Assembly (NCBI RefSeq): GCF_006345805.1
Contig: NC_043006.1
Span: 3,348,001-3,412,000 of the forward strand
DNA: 64,000 nt
Source: Octopus sinensis
Taxonomy: Eukaryota
Direction of reading: 5' to 3'
Shown here one piece after another: positions 1 through 12,880 of the stretch. The translations under genes and the position numbers were made by a program. Every line of letters starts with the position of its first letter. Position 1 is the first letter of the stretch. The notes beneath the pieces were generated by a model. It had not been told where the DNA came from. It saw only the letters and a list, made by a program, of their open reading frames with translations, and searched no databases.

Positions 1-352
1 AGAAGAGCACACGAGAAGAGGACTATATTGAAAAAATGGTGAATGAATATTCACAGATCAGTTGTTGATTTCGATGTTGAAGTTGTTCAAGCGCAGGTCA
101 GCAGCGATCAAGCCGAGCTATGATGAAAGATATCCCAGTCGAGTGCATTAATATAAAGTTTCTCTCGTGGTAGCTACAGCAGTAAAGCTTGTTCTAACAG
201 AACATCCTCCTTTAAGCAGGGATAAATATTACCTTTTGATGTTAATACTTCCTCTGTCGCTAATATATATGATATAAAATTATGAATTTTTTGTGTAATG
301 AGATAAAAAAAACCCAAGGCTGTATAGATATTAGAGCATTTATAGATAGAAG

Positions 353-407
353 GTCTTACAGCTGTTTCTAGAATATCAATTAATAATAATATTCCTTCAT
401 CGGAGAC
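353..407 (-). ncRNA. Minimal type-I hammerhead ribozyme motif in a Penelope-like pseudo-LTR remnant (CCGAUGA core variant)
   Basis: Minus strand: GTCT-CCGATGA-(aggaatat...atattcta stem II)-GAAA-CAGCTG-T-A-AGAC. Stem I GTCT/AGAC, palindromic stem III ACAGCTGT, cleavage triplet GUA. Confidence 0.7.
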
Positions 408-591
408 GGTGTGAGAGGAAAAATTAAGTCATAGTTAGTTTCGATGTGATATAAATATGATATAAAATTATCTATGAGTAAATTATGCAAAGAGTTCTTA
501 GCTTTTAAGATATGGTCAACGGTAATTAAACTTTGAATGATCTGAGGATCGCGAATTCAAGTCCTGCAGACACTCAAAGTTATTTATATAG

Positions 592-820
592 GTACAGGTA
601 TGGCTGTGAAATAAGAAGTTTGCTTCCCAACCATATTGTTTCGGATTCACTCACAATGCGGGGCACCTTGGTTAAATGTCTTCTAGTGTAACCTCGGGTC
701 GATCAAAGCTTTGTGAGTAGACTTGATTGATGAAAACTCTAAGATCGATTTGGTCGACTAAACCCCGCTCAAGGCAGTAACTCAGCATGATGGCGGTCTA
801 ACGACTAAAATAAGTAAAAG
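592..820 (+). mobile_element. tRNA-derived SINE (family B, ACCTTGGGCAAGT-type body), degenerate
   Basis: Matches other copies in the window (gcttcccaacc...gggcaccttgg...gtgagtaga..., tail aaataagtaaaag). Confidence 0.7.
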
Positions 821-1404
821 GTAAAAAGATGCAACAAAGCATGTGCGCGCATGTATGTGCGCAGACGTGCCTGCGTGGATGAGACTGTGACGCGCCCACG
901 TGTGGCTGTGACTATGTGCGGACGTGACTGTATGCGTGTGCGTGGGCGGATAAGCCATATGCATTTCATAGAGCATTGGTTTTCGTAGCAATAGACGCAT
1001 TTGTGGTTTCCGTTTGCCTCACTCTACTGTCCTGTCAAACTATAGGCCGAGTGCTTCTGTGATTTCCGAACTCTGACAACATTTTTATAAAAATATTTCA
1101 ATCCCAACAATTAAAAGTGAAAACAAGTGATATAGGAAAATTACAAAAACAAAAAAAGAAAAACAAAACAATGTGGATTTAAATGCGTCACGAAAATTAG
1201 AGCGAGTTGATAAATTAGAACTAGGCATCCCAGTAGCACGTGTTTGTGAAATTTACGGCGTAAAAAGCAACGTTTTAATATTACGTAAATCAAATGCCAA
1301 ATTGCAAGTTTTCTTTAAGCTGTGACTCTAATTGGGGAGTAAAAATACACGAAAGTTGAACATGATAAAGTTGTGTAAACCCTGAGTGAATTGTAGATGA
1401 ATTC

Positions 1405-1628
1405 AGGCGGCGAGCTGACAGAGTCATTAGTGTGCTGGACAAAATGTTTGGTGGCATTTCTTCAGTCACTTTATGTTCTGACGAAGCCCAAATACGAGTG
1501 GGGTCGATTTGGCCTTTCATCTTTTCGGAGTCGACAAAATAAGTACCAGTTAAACACTGAGGTCGATGTAAACGACTAAATTCCTCCCCATAAAATTGTT
1601 GGCTTCGCGCCATAATTAGAAAGAATTA
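1405..1628 (+). mobile_element. tRNA-derived SINE (family A), degenerate
   Basis: Head GGCGGCGAGCTG; body cctttcatcttttcggagtcgacaaaataagtaccagtt shared with many copies in the window. Confidence 0.75.
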
Positions 1629-2064
1629 ACATACGAAGTCTCGAAATAAAATTCCCATGTCAAACTCTTGGAAAATTCATGGAACTTAAAGCTGGCTGTC
1701 TTCATGTTTGGACAAGAAACACGTGACTGTTCTATTTTAGAAAAGAGCACATTTTGAACGTGAAAATCTGTGCTGGACCTGTATAAACCATTTGCAGGTT
1801 GGGGTATTTAGAAAATTCATAAAAGAACTTATATTTGACGGCTTTATTTCTTGACAGATATACAATGTTGATGAAGATATTCCTAAAGATAGACTTGGCA
1901 ACAAATATGAACGTAGCACTCTTCGTCACCAGGGAAGTAAGGAATATATTTTTGCCTTATCAAGTGCAAATGATGATTACTGGATCACATGATACGCATA
2001 GTGACAGGCATAGACACCGTTTCGGGTTCCTCAGTGTTGATCCGGCGTCATATGTATGATATGA

Positions 2065-2190
2065 CAACGGGAAAGAGAGTGAGCTGGGGTGACTGGCCTT
2101 ACTCAAGAACACAACGCAAAACCCAGTCATGGAATTGAAAACAAGACCATACGATTATGAAATGAATACGCTAACAATTAAGCCACGTGA
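2065..2190 (-). mobile_element. SINE family C-like remnant
   Basis: ctcaagaacacaacgc...attgaaaac...taagccacg resembles the copies at 26765-27092 and 52165-52510. Confidence 0.5.
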
Positions 2191-2213
2191 CTATACTGTA
2201 ACTCACTCGACAC

Positions 2214-2220
2214 GGATTAC

Positions 2221-2287
<67 letters not shown>

Positions 2288-2290
2288 TAT
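2214..2290. repeat. (ATT)n microsatellite
   Basis: Direct reading. Confidence 0.95.
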
Positions 2291-2317
2291 TAAAAAAGAA
2301 AAGAAACCATTATTATT

Positions 2318-2491
2318 GGCGTGTTGGCAGAATAGTTAGCACACCGGGCAAAATGCTTAGCAATAGTTCACCCGTCTTTACATCCCGATTTCAAATGCTG
2401 GTGAGGTCGACTTTGAATTTCATCCACTGGGGTCGATGTAATCGACTTATCTCCTCCTCCAAAAGGCTGCCCTTGTGGCAAAATTTGCAAA
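2318..2491 (+). mobile_element. SINE family A with internal deletion, between (ATT)n tracts
   Basis: Head tggcagaatagttagcacaccgggcaaaatg; ggggtcgatgtaatcgactt motif. Confidence 0.75.
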
Positions 2492-2541
<50 letters not shown>

Positions 2542-2559
2542 ATTATTAGTAGTAGTAGT

Positions 2560-3107
2560 ATTGAGTGAGAGAGCATCGCATGCCGTCAAAGTGACATTGA
2601 GGTACAAATATACGAAGCCCATCATGACTACCCGTCTGATAAGAGTACATCAGGCACATGCACAGCAACCATATGTGCGCGACATGGTGACCTCGTATCA
2701 AGATAAACAGCACATAGTCTTGCAGGTGGAGTCCAGTTAGAATTTCCTTCAGCTCGAGTAGCTCATCCCGCTCAAAAGGTCCCTGAATAAGATTTGTTTA
2801 TGGTGATGAAAGAACCACCCATGTTTCCAGAGGTGAATTATTCAAACCCCAAAGAATTCTTCTCAACACGTCGATATGATGCTTCCCTACTGCTTCTGCT
2901 CGTGATCAGAGATGCACATATCGTCAGCCACCAAAGGACATGCTCAACTGGTTAAGGTCAAACAACTGACAAGCAAATCTGTGGTACTGAGCACAATATT
3001 TGTTGTAGCCCATCTTTTATACCAAGACAAAACGTGTACGTGATAACACTTTCAATCAGTTAATATCAGAAGCCATGAGATCCACTGCTGGTACTGCATC
3101 AGGGCAT
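2560..3107 (-). mobile_element. ~540-bp non-coding interspersed element embedded in (TAA)n
   Basis: No ORF; sharp boundaries against (ATT/AGT)n on the left and (ATT/ATC)n on the right. Confidence 0.55.
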
Positions 3108-3149
3108 TTATTATCATTATCATTATCATTATTATTATTTTTATTATAT

Positions 3150-4166
3150 TCTTTATTAGTTACACGGATGTTGTCAAGCCTCTTCAAATCTCGAGAATTT
3201 TAGAATCCTTTCAGAATACAGGACTCGCATTGTCGACCTTTTCTGCTGGTTGACGATACGCATCACGGTTTCACAATCTCTTAGGTAGCAGTCTGAGTGT
3301 TGTGTCAAGTGCATCAAGTACGACAGAAATAATTTTTGCTTACATCTACAATCTTTAAATCTCTCCGGTTAGGTCCTGATATTTCTCGTTATTTTCAATT
3401 TCTTGGGTATTCACTCTGTTATCATAAAGTATTGCAAAGCCTGCAATTTTACACTGATTGTTTCTTCTGTTCTTTGTAAGTATATCTGATCCACTTGTTT
3501 CAATAGTGTGGTAGTCTATATCAGTGATGAGCAACCGGTATGCCGTGGCAGACTCGTGTGCTACGAGACGATGCTAGGTGGGCTGCAGTGTAAACTAAAT
3601 ATAATTTTTTTCCCCTATACTTTTAGTTTTAGTTTTAGTTCACGTGTGCCGCCGAATTTTGGAAAGAATATTAGGTTGCGGTGTATATGGGGTATTTTCA
3701 TAAAATCCTTTAATTTTTATTTTCTATCACAATCTCTAACAACGTTTTCATTCCACTTTTCTGTTACTTTGATTCACGCCCTCGGTTAACCGAGTGTGTG
3801 GTATTAAAGTAACAGTGATGCCTGCGCTTTTGCTCCTTGTGTGCTAGCCTACTGCATTCATTCGAGTGATGTTAAGGCTTTCGTGCCCTTTCCCACAGAT
3901 TCTACATATACACCCTGACTGAGTTGTATCGATCTTTGCTTTTACAATATTCGTCCTAACGGCTTTTCCCTGAGCAGCTATAATTAGGACTTTGGACTTC
4001 ATTTTAACTTTACATCGCTTCTTTACTTTCAACATCCTCGATTTGTTACATGAATTCGTCTTTAATGCCTTCAATTTAGGGCTACTTGTTCTATCGTTCT
4101 TCATTCTGTTCTTGAATTATCCTATTCTTTTAGTAAAATTTTGGACATTTCTTCGTACCGTTAGTA
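3150..4166 (-). pseudogene. Degenerate R4/Dong-type RLE retrotransposon 3' fragment, interrupted at ~3515-3790 by an unrelated insert
   Basis: ORF 3844-4104 LIIAAQGKAVRTNIVKAKIDTTQSGCICRICG is a zinc-knuckle region. 3300-3500 translates in pieces to an RLE tail (FAILYDNRVN..EIE..KYQDL..EI). Flanked by TAA repeats. Confidence 0.75.
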
Positions 4167-4167
4167 A

Positions 4168-4198
<31 letters not shown>

Positions 4199-4260
4199 GT
4201 AGTAGTAGTAGTAGTAGTAGTAGTGCAGGCAGCAGCAGCAGGAACAGTAGCAGCAGCAGC

Positions 4261-4293
<33 letters not shown>

Positions 4294-4385
4294 AGTAGTA
4301 GCGGTCGTAGTAGTGGTGGTGGTGGTGGTGGTGGTATTAGTAGTAGTAGTGTCATTATCATTATCAACATCGTTATCAATATCAT
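4167..4385. repeat. Compound (ATT)/(AGT)/(AGC)/(GGT)n microsatellite
   Basis: Direct reading. Confidence 0.95.
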
Positions 4386-5465
4386 ACCTTATAGGTAAAC
4401 AGGTTTGCATATACACCTACACACGTGGATATTGGTAGGTGCCATTGGCGAGTCCTTTCACACGCACCTATATACAAGGTCTACCGTACATTGTTGTATG
4501 CAATTACATGCAGTTTAGTCTACAATACAGTCTGCTGTTGCATTAAAAAATGTCAAAAACACATTTTTTTAATGTCTACATATATTTTTTATGGCATTAT
4601 TCTTTATCGTAGACCAAGGTTACAATGGCTTGCAATAATATTTTGACGTAGGTGCTGTTTCGTATTTAGGTCGTTAATGGTTTAGCGAAGGGAAGAAGGA
4701 GGAAGCGCCCATGAAGCTTTACTAGACCTCTGAAGAAGTCTTCACGTATTTTATTAGCAGCTTCGCGAGCTTTTACACATCGTTTGTTATTTCAATCAGC
4801 AACGATCAAGAAAAAAAATCAGCGATATGGATGAAGATGTCAGCCATATTTATTGGGTATCCTTAACGAAAATTTGTGTATGCGAGTGAAGAAGGGTTTC
4901 TTTTTTACCGTTTAGGCTATACAAACTGAACAGTTTAAACATCGGCTACAAAGTGTAAATGCAAATTTGCAGATATTATCATTCAGGATGCTTTTCAAGG
5001 CTACAGCCTAGAACACTCTATACTCTGGCTTGAACACTAAAATGAAGGTTTAACAAGCACGTACGTCAACAAAAACCATGGAAAACGTACGTCAAGCCGA
5101 GAAACTACCGCATTGTTTCTACTTCTACTATCTGAGAAGAATCCTGTGATTGATTCATCCAGAGAAGGATAAAAAACAGAGTTGTTCTGAGGATAATGAA
5201 ACTCCAACCACTCTTATATGCCTGTTTTCTGCGTGGAGTTGCATTGATTCAGTCAGCTTGATGGCAGGGGATATAGACGAAAGCTAAAAGACGTTGAGTC
5301 GGGCTTCAATAGTAGCTCTTTAATGATTCTTCTATATCAAACGACGATAACTTACACAAATAATGAGTTGTTAGTTTATGATTAATCACTAAACAACTGG
5401 TTGTACTGAGATGCATATCTACGGAAGATGTTGACACTGTGGTATAGTGAGAGCTAATAACTCAC

Positions 5466-5706
5466 TTCACAATTTTGTTTAGTGATGACTTTTGCTGCTA
5501 CTGTGGATATGGACACGAAACTGTTCTGGTAACTGGACTCTAAACTTTGAAGCAACACTTCAATTCTTTCACAATATTCTTTTTATTGTTAGAGACAGCA
5601 GTGTTCTAATCTCTTCACTGCAAATTGATATCGTAGTTGACGCAGTAAATGTTGCTTACATCATCCCTGCCTCATTACTGCTGAATATCGCTTTGATGTC
5701 GGCGGC
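5466..5706 (-). other. Candidate non-coding (5'UTR/lncRNA) exon
   Basis: Minus acceptor ctttacttttcag at 5707 with a polypyrimidine tract, donor GTGAGT at 5465, stops in all three frames, upstream donor GTGAGT at 5830 (124-nt intron). Confidence 0.4.
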
Positions 5707-5760
5707 CTGAAAAGTAAAGATGGTTCGAAGATGAGGTAAAAAAAAGAACCCCAGAAAGAA

Positions 5761-6346
5761 CAGTGTAACGATCTTGATGTGAGTGAATATCTGTCTTGTA
5801 CTTTCGGGGTACAAGAAAGCAATCACTCACTAGCCGTTGCTTTAATAATCCAGAATTCTACCAGTCAGAAACAACAAGACGCAGACGTAAAATATATATA
5901 TACTACTTTATTCTCTTTCTTGGTAACAATAACAATAAGTGTGTTATCTGATGTCCTTGGTTCGGGGCGCGCAAGGCTGAAAGTTAATCGATTGTAATAT
6001 TTACAATATTCAGCCGCAAAAACAGAACGGGTTCAAGATGGCGTCGAACAATGGAGACGATGTTGGTCTGCAACAATTTGGTTAAAGCCTTTGGTAAGGA
6101 CTGCTAGAAGCAAGTTCGAACGGAGAGAAAATATGCGTGACCCGCCTTCAATCGCTGGGTCCCAAGTCCCCGCTGCTGCTGCTAGCGGTCAAACGTTCTA
6201 CGACCCCCTGCCTTGGCCAGGGTCGTGCTTCCGGTGGTTCGCGCATGCGCGAGAGGGCCCTTCCTTTCTGTGCCTTGGTGAAGGCACCAACACGCGCGAA
6301 ATACAAATGGACGGTGCGCGCGCGCACCGCTATAGGGTCACTACAA
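5761..6346. promoter_or_regulatory. CpG-rich promoter-like module, copy 1 of a local duplication
   Basis: AAGATGGCG (YY1-type) 6035-6043, GCGCATGCGC (NRF1-type) 6241-6250, plus-strand donor G|GTAAGG at 6094, minus-strand donor |GTGAGT at 5830. Confidence 0.55.
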
Positions 6347-7880
6347 GGCTCCCCTCCAGTGCGTACGCACGAAAGGAAACTTATTGTAGTGACTGCAAAA
6401 CTCAAGGTGGACACCAGATAACCAAATAGCACACAATATATAATGGCAAAATTTATAACATACACAAGAAATTTACTAAAGAAAAAGAGAAAAAAATACT
6501 CAATGAGCAAAAATCAAGAGTGCATGCATGAAAGTGTATACGTCACAAAGTACAAACCCTTCCCTCTGAAGAGCGGAGGGAAAGCAAAACTCACAGTCAT
6601 GAACCTAGGCGAAATTAAAATCCAACTTCTCTAAAGGTGGCTGATCCTGCAAAATAGCAGTTAAATCAATTGCTGCAGGAGAGGAAATGGAATTTACAGA
6701 AGCTCGCTAGTAACACAAAAGGCAAAAGTGCAAACATGCTGGTGTGATGCGCGACACAGATAATTTTCTGTTATTTACGTGACCAACAGTGGTCTAACGG
6801 AAAAATAATTACGCCTAAACATGGCGCAGCGCATGTGAACATCCGACGTCCTATGAGTCGGGAAAAGAATTAAGCTAGCGCAAACGTGTTGCAAAAAACA
6901 AGGCAATACACGTGCGAAGCAAGGCGCATGAAATGCAATAGTGCTTGCCAGACCAAAAAACAGCAAGAATATGCCAGTGGTTGAGCGATTATATGCCTCG
7001 TTCGTACAGGAACAAAGGTATGACACGCTGGCGCGTTATAATGGACAAACAACCCTCTCTATGTATACGTGACCGCTAGGGTCTATAAAAATGAGGGGTG
7101 TCCACAAAAGGCAAATTCAGCATGGAAAAAAAAACAAGCGAGAAAAGCATGTGTGACGTATGTATGTGAGAGAGAGCATTTATGTGTGTGTACGTGTGTG
7201 CGACAGAAATACATACAAGGTGAATGCGAGCAAAATATAAAAACAGCGCATAGAAAAATGTCTCTCAAGGCTATTCCAGACAAGAGTTAATTTACCAGTC
7301 TCTAATAGCCTGAAGTACAATAGCAGTTCGTTCTGTAACAGAATGTTGAGATCACAAATGCAGATGCCGATTGAACACATATCATGTAGCGGTTGTGGCT
7401 TCAATGCTGTGACAGGTTAACTGGAACAGAAAAAATCTCGTAGATAGTGCTGGGCTGTGAATTCTTGGTGTGCTAATGCACAAACGGCAAGTGGACCAAA
7501 CTTCCGCGAGTTGCTATGTACATCTTGTGGAGGTCGACGGTGTTGAAAGGCGACGTTGGTGGAGGAAGGCGACTGTAGTGGACTTGGGACAACATCGTTC
7601 TTAGTGATGATGGCGACGAAGATAGCGACGATGTGAAGTAGAAAGACGACGATGACGATGACGAAGGTGGAGAAAAGGCATCGATGATGTGATGGCGTTC
7701 GTCATCATGGCTGTAGAATAAGAAAGAGGCTCCTTCTACAACTGTTTGTGGTGGCCGGAAACAAATCGTCGAAAGATGAATGCGTAGAGTTAAATCGTGT
7801 TCCGACTTCGCAGAAAAACTGGATTTCTTTTGTTGATAAGTGATCTCTGGTTTTAGACCAGAATCACGTCGGGAGGTCAC

Positions 7881-8527
7881 CAGTGTAACGATCTTGATGT
7901 GAGTGAATATCTGTCTTGTACTTTCGGGGTACAAGAAAGCAATCACTCACTAGCCGTTGCTTTAATAATCCAGAATTCTACCAGTCAGAAACAACAAGAC
8001 GCAGACGTAAAATATATATATACTACTTTATTCTCTTTCTTGGTAACAATAACAATAAGTGTGTTATCTGATGTCCTTGGTTCGGGGCGCGCAAGGCTGT
8101 AAGTTAATCGATTGTAATATTTACAATATTCAGCCGCAAAAACAGAACGGGTTCAAGATGGCGTCGAACAATGGAGACGATGTTGGTCTGCAACAATTTG
8201 GTTAAAGGCCTTTTGGTAAGGACTGCTAGAAGCAAGTTCGAACGGAGAGAAAATATGCGTGACCGCCGCCTTCAATCGCTGGGTCCCAAGTCCCCGCTGC
8301 TGCTGCTAGCGGTCAAACGTTCTACGACCCCCTGCCTTGGCCAGGGTCGTGCTTCTGGTGGTTCGCGCATGCGCGAGAAGGCCCTTCCTTTCTGTGCCTT
8401 GGTGAAGGCACCAACACGCGCGAAATACAAATGGACGGTGCGCGCGCGCACCGCTATAGGGTCACTACAACAGTAACATCTTGGGTCAAAAATACCTCAT
8501 GTTTTAACGACGAATTCTACCGGAAGT
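7881..8527. promoter_or_regulatory. CpG-rich promoter-like module, copy 2 (7881-8470 near-identical to 5761-6346)
   Basis: AAGATGGCG 8155-8163, GCGCATGCGC 8365-8374, donor GTAAG at 8216, minus donor GTGAGT at 7950; CCGGAAGT (ETS-type) 8520-8527 lies outside the duplicated part. Confidence 0.55.
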
Positions 8528-8974
8528 CACAGCAGAAGTTGCCTCGAATCACACCCTGCTTCCATTGACAAAACATGAAATATACTGTCAACATGGCCGA
8601 GCTCATTGTAGGTTTGCACAATCAAGACTGACCAAAAGCTAAACCACTACAAAAACAATTGTAATACTTCTGTTGTTATTCCAGGACGATACTACAACTA
8701 CTACCACTGTTACAACGATGACTACTGCTGTTGCTACTACTGTTGATGCCAATTCTAACAATGCGGGTGATGCAAAACAAGAATGGATTGTCAGTTTTTT
8801 GCCGCTATTGCATTGTTTAATTCCCTTACAAATTTCTGAGATAATAATTATAGCCCAAAGTCATTAGAAACATAGTTTCTATAGAACATCCATTCTCAAT
8901 CATTTTCTATTCAAGATATCACTTAAATATAATATACTTACATCCATACAAACAACATATATGTACGCGAGTGG

Positions 8975-9033
<59 letters not shown>

Positions 9034-9399
9034 CACATTACGTACTTACAAATGAACGTCATGTGTGTGTGTATATATATATATACTATTTTTTATAAAT
9101 ATATAGGATTATACATGTTATATAACTTATATGTGCATATATGTGTGTATATGTGTGTGTGGTTGTGTGCGGTGTGTGTGTGTGTGTATTTCTATGTCTA
9201 TGCACATAGAGATAAAACAACTATAGATACACGCGCATTTACACGAATAGATATGCATATATACTCACACGCACATACATAAACTTATATACATTTATGC
9301 ACACATACAGATATGTACGTAAGCATGTATGTATGAATTTATGCACGTATGCTGTATGTACACACACAAACACACATATATGTGTGTAGATATATATAT

Positions 9400-9444
<45 letters not shown>

Positions 9445-9493
9445 AATACATATATATACATATATAGATATATATATATACATATATATATAT

Positions 9494-9542
<49 letters not shown>

Positions 9543-9580
9543 ATATACATATATATATATACATGTGTGTGTGCGTGTGA
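8975..9580. repeat. (CA)n/(TA)n/(TG)n compound microsatellite block
   Basis: Direct reading. Confidence 0.95.
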
Positions 9581-9689
9581 TGCTCATATACATACATAGA
9601 TACCCTTGGTACGAAAATACCAGAAGTAGAATTTGTATAACATAGAATAGAATATCTGATAGAAAAGATATGCATTTAAATACCTTCAA

Positions 9690-10830
9690 TAGCAACGAGA
9701 AGATGACAAAAAAGAAAAAAAACCGAAAAGAGAGAAAGAGAGCAGAAGAAGATGGAGCGGCAGCAGCACCGGAAAGAGCAACGGAGAACAGTGACAGCAG
9801 CAGCAGCAGCAGCAGCAGAAGAAGAAGAAGAAGAAGAAGGAGGAGAAGAAAGAGAAGGAGAAGAAGAAGAAAGAGAAGGAGAAGAAGAAGAAGAGGGAGA
9901 AGAAGAAGAAGGAGAAGAAGAAGGAGAAGAAGAAGAGAAGAAGAAGAAGAAGAAGGAGAAGGAGAAGAAGAAGGAGAAGAAGAAGAAGGAGAAGAAGAAG
10001 AAAGAGAAGAAGAAGAAGAGGAGAGAAGAAGAAGAAGGAGAAGAAGAAGAAGAAGGAGAAGAAGAAGGAGAAGAAGAAGAAGGAGAAGAAGAAGGAGAAG
10101 AAGAAGGAGAAGAAGGAGAGAAGAAGAGAAGAAGAAGAAGGAGAAGAAGAAGAAAGAGAAGAAGAAGAAGAAGGAGAAGAAGAAGAAGAAGGAGAAGAAG
10201 AAGAAGAAGGAGAAGAAGAAGGAGAAGAAGAAGAAGGAGAAGAAGAAGGAGAAGAAGAAGGAGAAGAAGAAGAAGGAGAAGAAGAAGGAGAAGAAGAAGA
10301 AGAAGAAGGAGAAGAAGAAGGAGAAGAAGAAGAAGGAGAAGAAGAAGAAGAAGAAGGAGAAAATAATAAGAAGAAGAAGGAGAAGAAGAAGGAGAAGGAG
10401 AAGAAGGAGAAGAAGAAGAAGAAGAAGGAGAAGGAGAAGAAGAAGAAGGAGAAGAAGAAGAAGAAGAAGGAGAAGACGAAGGAGAAGAAGAAAGAGAAGA
10501 AGAAGAAGAAGAAGGAGAAGAAGAAAGAGAAGAAGAAGAAGAAGGAGAAGAAGAAAAAGAAGAAGAAGAAGAAGAAGGAGAAGAATAAAAAGAAGAAGAA
10601 TAAGAAGGAGAAGAAGAAGAAGAAGGAGAAGAAGAAAAATAATAATAAGAACAACAACAACAAGGAGGAGGAGGACGACGACGACGAAGAGAAGAATAAG
10701 CAGAAGAAGTTTACTACGATGATACTGATAATGATAGCGATGATGATGATGATGATGATGACGACAATCACGATGATAATGGCGATGATGAAAATAGAAG
10801 GAAAAGAAGAGTAGAAAGCCAGCCAAGTGA
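9690..10830. repeat. ~1.1-kb (GAA/GGA)n purine-rich tract grading into (GAT/GAC)n
   Basis: Direct reading; explains the long poly-K/E/R/L ORFs. Confidence 0.95.
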
Positions 10831-11094
10831 TGTCTGTATGCAGACAACACATTTTATCTGTTCCTTTTTTTTTTTTCTCTATGTACGAAAATGCTATTTC
10901 ATTCGATAATTCTGTTTTATTTCATATTATTTTCATTATACATTTTTTCGGTTTTCTTTTCAAATTTTTTTTCCAGCTCTTTTTATTTCCCATTTCTCTA
11001 TCTTTGACGTAATGGTTTCATGATAAATCTAAATAAAGATATAAAAATAAGCAAGTGTACGTATAATTTTGATGGTCTTATCTTTACACCCCAG

Positions 11095-11229
11095 GATTCG
11101 ATCTATCAGCGCCTCGTCGGTATTGCTACACAACCTTATTGTCTGTCAGTTTCTGCGGCTGTTATTTTTGCTGTTGTTGCTGCTGCTGCTGCTGCTCTGC
11201 TACTGCAGTTGCTGTGATTTAAACCTGAG
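11095..11229 (+). other. Candidate 135-nt exon; the phase-2 frame is open and encodes a poly-Leu hydrophobic segment
   Basis: Acceptor tctttacaccccag|, donor CTGAG|GTAGGT; frame IRSISASSVLLHNLIVCQFLRLLFLLLLLLLLLLCYCSCCDLNL; the other two frames are closed. Confidence 0.3.
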
Positions 11230-12820
11230 GTAGGTAGATAAGAATATCTGATTCCTGATTTTTCCCTCCTTTAGTTCTTCTCTTATTTACATTAAGGATG
11301 TAAAGTCAGTGTTTGATGTAAGGGGTAGCATGATAGACTGGTAAACTAGAGGTACTAGGTTCAATTGTCGTCACTATTATCGTTGTTCTTCAAAAATATG
11401 TTCAAGAAAGAAAGAGCATTAGAATGGCAAAATTGGTAAAGTAATGGAAATGTTTTGGAAATAATGACTTACATTCTGATATCAAATACCGCTACACTCA
11501 GCTTAAAGAAAATAAAGTACCATTTAATATCTGCTACCTATATAACTGTCCGCACCTTTGTCCCAAAATATATGGTTCTGTGTGAATGTCAAAGTTGGTT
11601 ATTTAACAGTTTGCCTACCAATAGTATTTTCATGTGTTTGTCCTAAACGTCTATGCTTGTTTTCGGGCTTTAGTCAGGTCTTGTTTCTTAATAATACAAA
11701 GCCTCCTTTTCATAAGTTCCATGTTACCCTGGCGGTTGCAAACAGTCATAATGTACATCATATAAAATGCATGGACGCCTGAAATATGTCCTGTATATCA
11801 AATCTAATACCCAGGACAGGCAAAGTGTTAATGTAAGGTTTTGAATTCGTGATGTTTGGTGTCAATTGTAACATTGTTAACAAGAGATACGTGGTTCAAT
11901 TCTCGTCAGGATTTCTTGTTCTTGTTTCATAATCAAAAGAAAATGGGGTCAAATTCGTCCATCTCATTTCGTTATTGGCAAGCTAATATGACTTGGGACC
12001 ATTTACAACGCTTTCGCTCATAATTATAAAGATAATTATTCTTATTATTATATGATTGAACGCTACGCATCCATTTCCAAGTAAGTTTATCGTAATAATT
12101 TTTATGCGACTCTCTGTACTGTTCTTTCTCCCGACTTCGTTTCCTCTCTTCCTTTCTCTAATTTTATTTATCTCCCTTTCTCCCCCTTTCGTTTTTTCTC
12201 TCTCATCCTTTCTCTAATTCTTTTCCTCTCCCTTTCATCGCTCTCTATCTGTCCTTCTCTATTTCTCACTCTTCCTCCTTTACTCTCTCGTTGCTCAGAC
12301 ATGACCATCGGCCATCTTTCTTTTCCTAACTTGAGCTTCTTTCTTTTCTTTTGATCTCCCACACAGATCATACACATTCTTGTCTGTCTCCTCTCCTGTC
12401 TTTTCTCCTGTCAAATCTTGATCTTCCAGCATTCGCCACTTCACCTCGTTATGGCTTAGCAGCCCTTACTGTTTGTTTTCACTGTCCTGTTTTTGTTACC
12501 AACTTTGACCCTCCGCGAATCCCAAATGTTATTTTGCTTTGCGGGAGCAACAGTTTTCTCGAAGACTCATCTTGTCGTAATTGCTCGAAATGCAGAGTAG
12601 ATGAAACAGCCGACAACTGATGAAAGGTCGTTCTTTACGTTACTTGTCTTGTTTTCCATTTCTTTCTTTCGTTGTTCGTAAAAAAGTTCGTATTCCATGT
12701 TTTCGTATTTCGTATTTTATGTTGTTTATGTTTAATGACGTCCTGTACCCATGCATGCATATGTATATACATATATATGTATGTACATATATGTATGTAT
12801 ATATGCATATATATATTATT

Positions 12821-12880
<60 letters not shown>

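Noticed and set aside
7473-7946. 157-aa ORF as a protein
   Set aside because: It crosses the duplication boundary and a putative intron and includes low-complexity Ser runs; no recognisable domain.
9531-10852. Long ORFs of 204-439 aa on both strands
   Set aside because: Translations of a GAA/GGA microsatellite; open in several frames with no domain signal.
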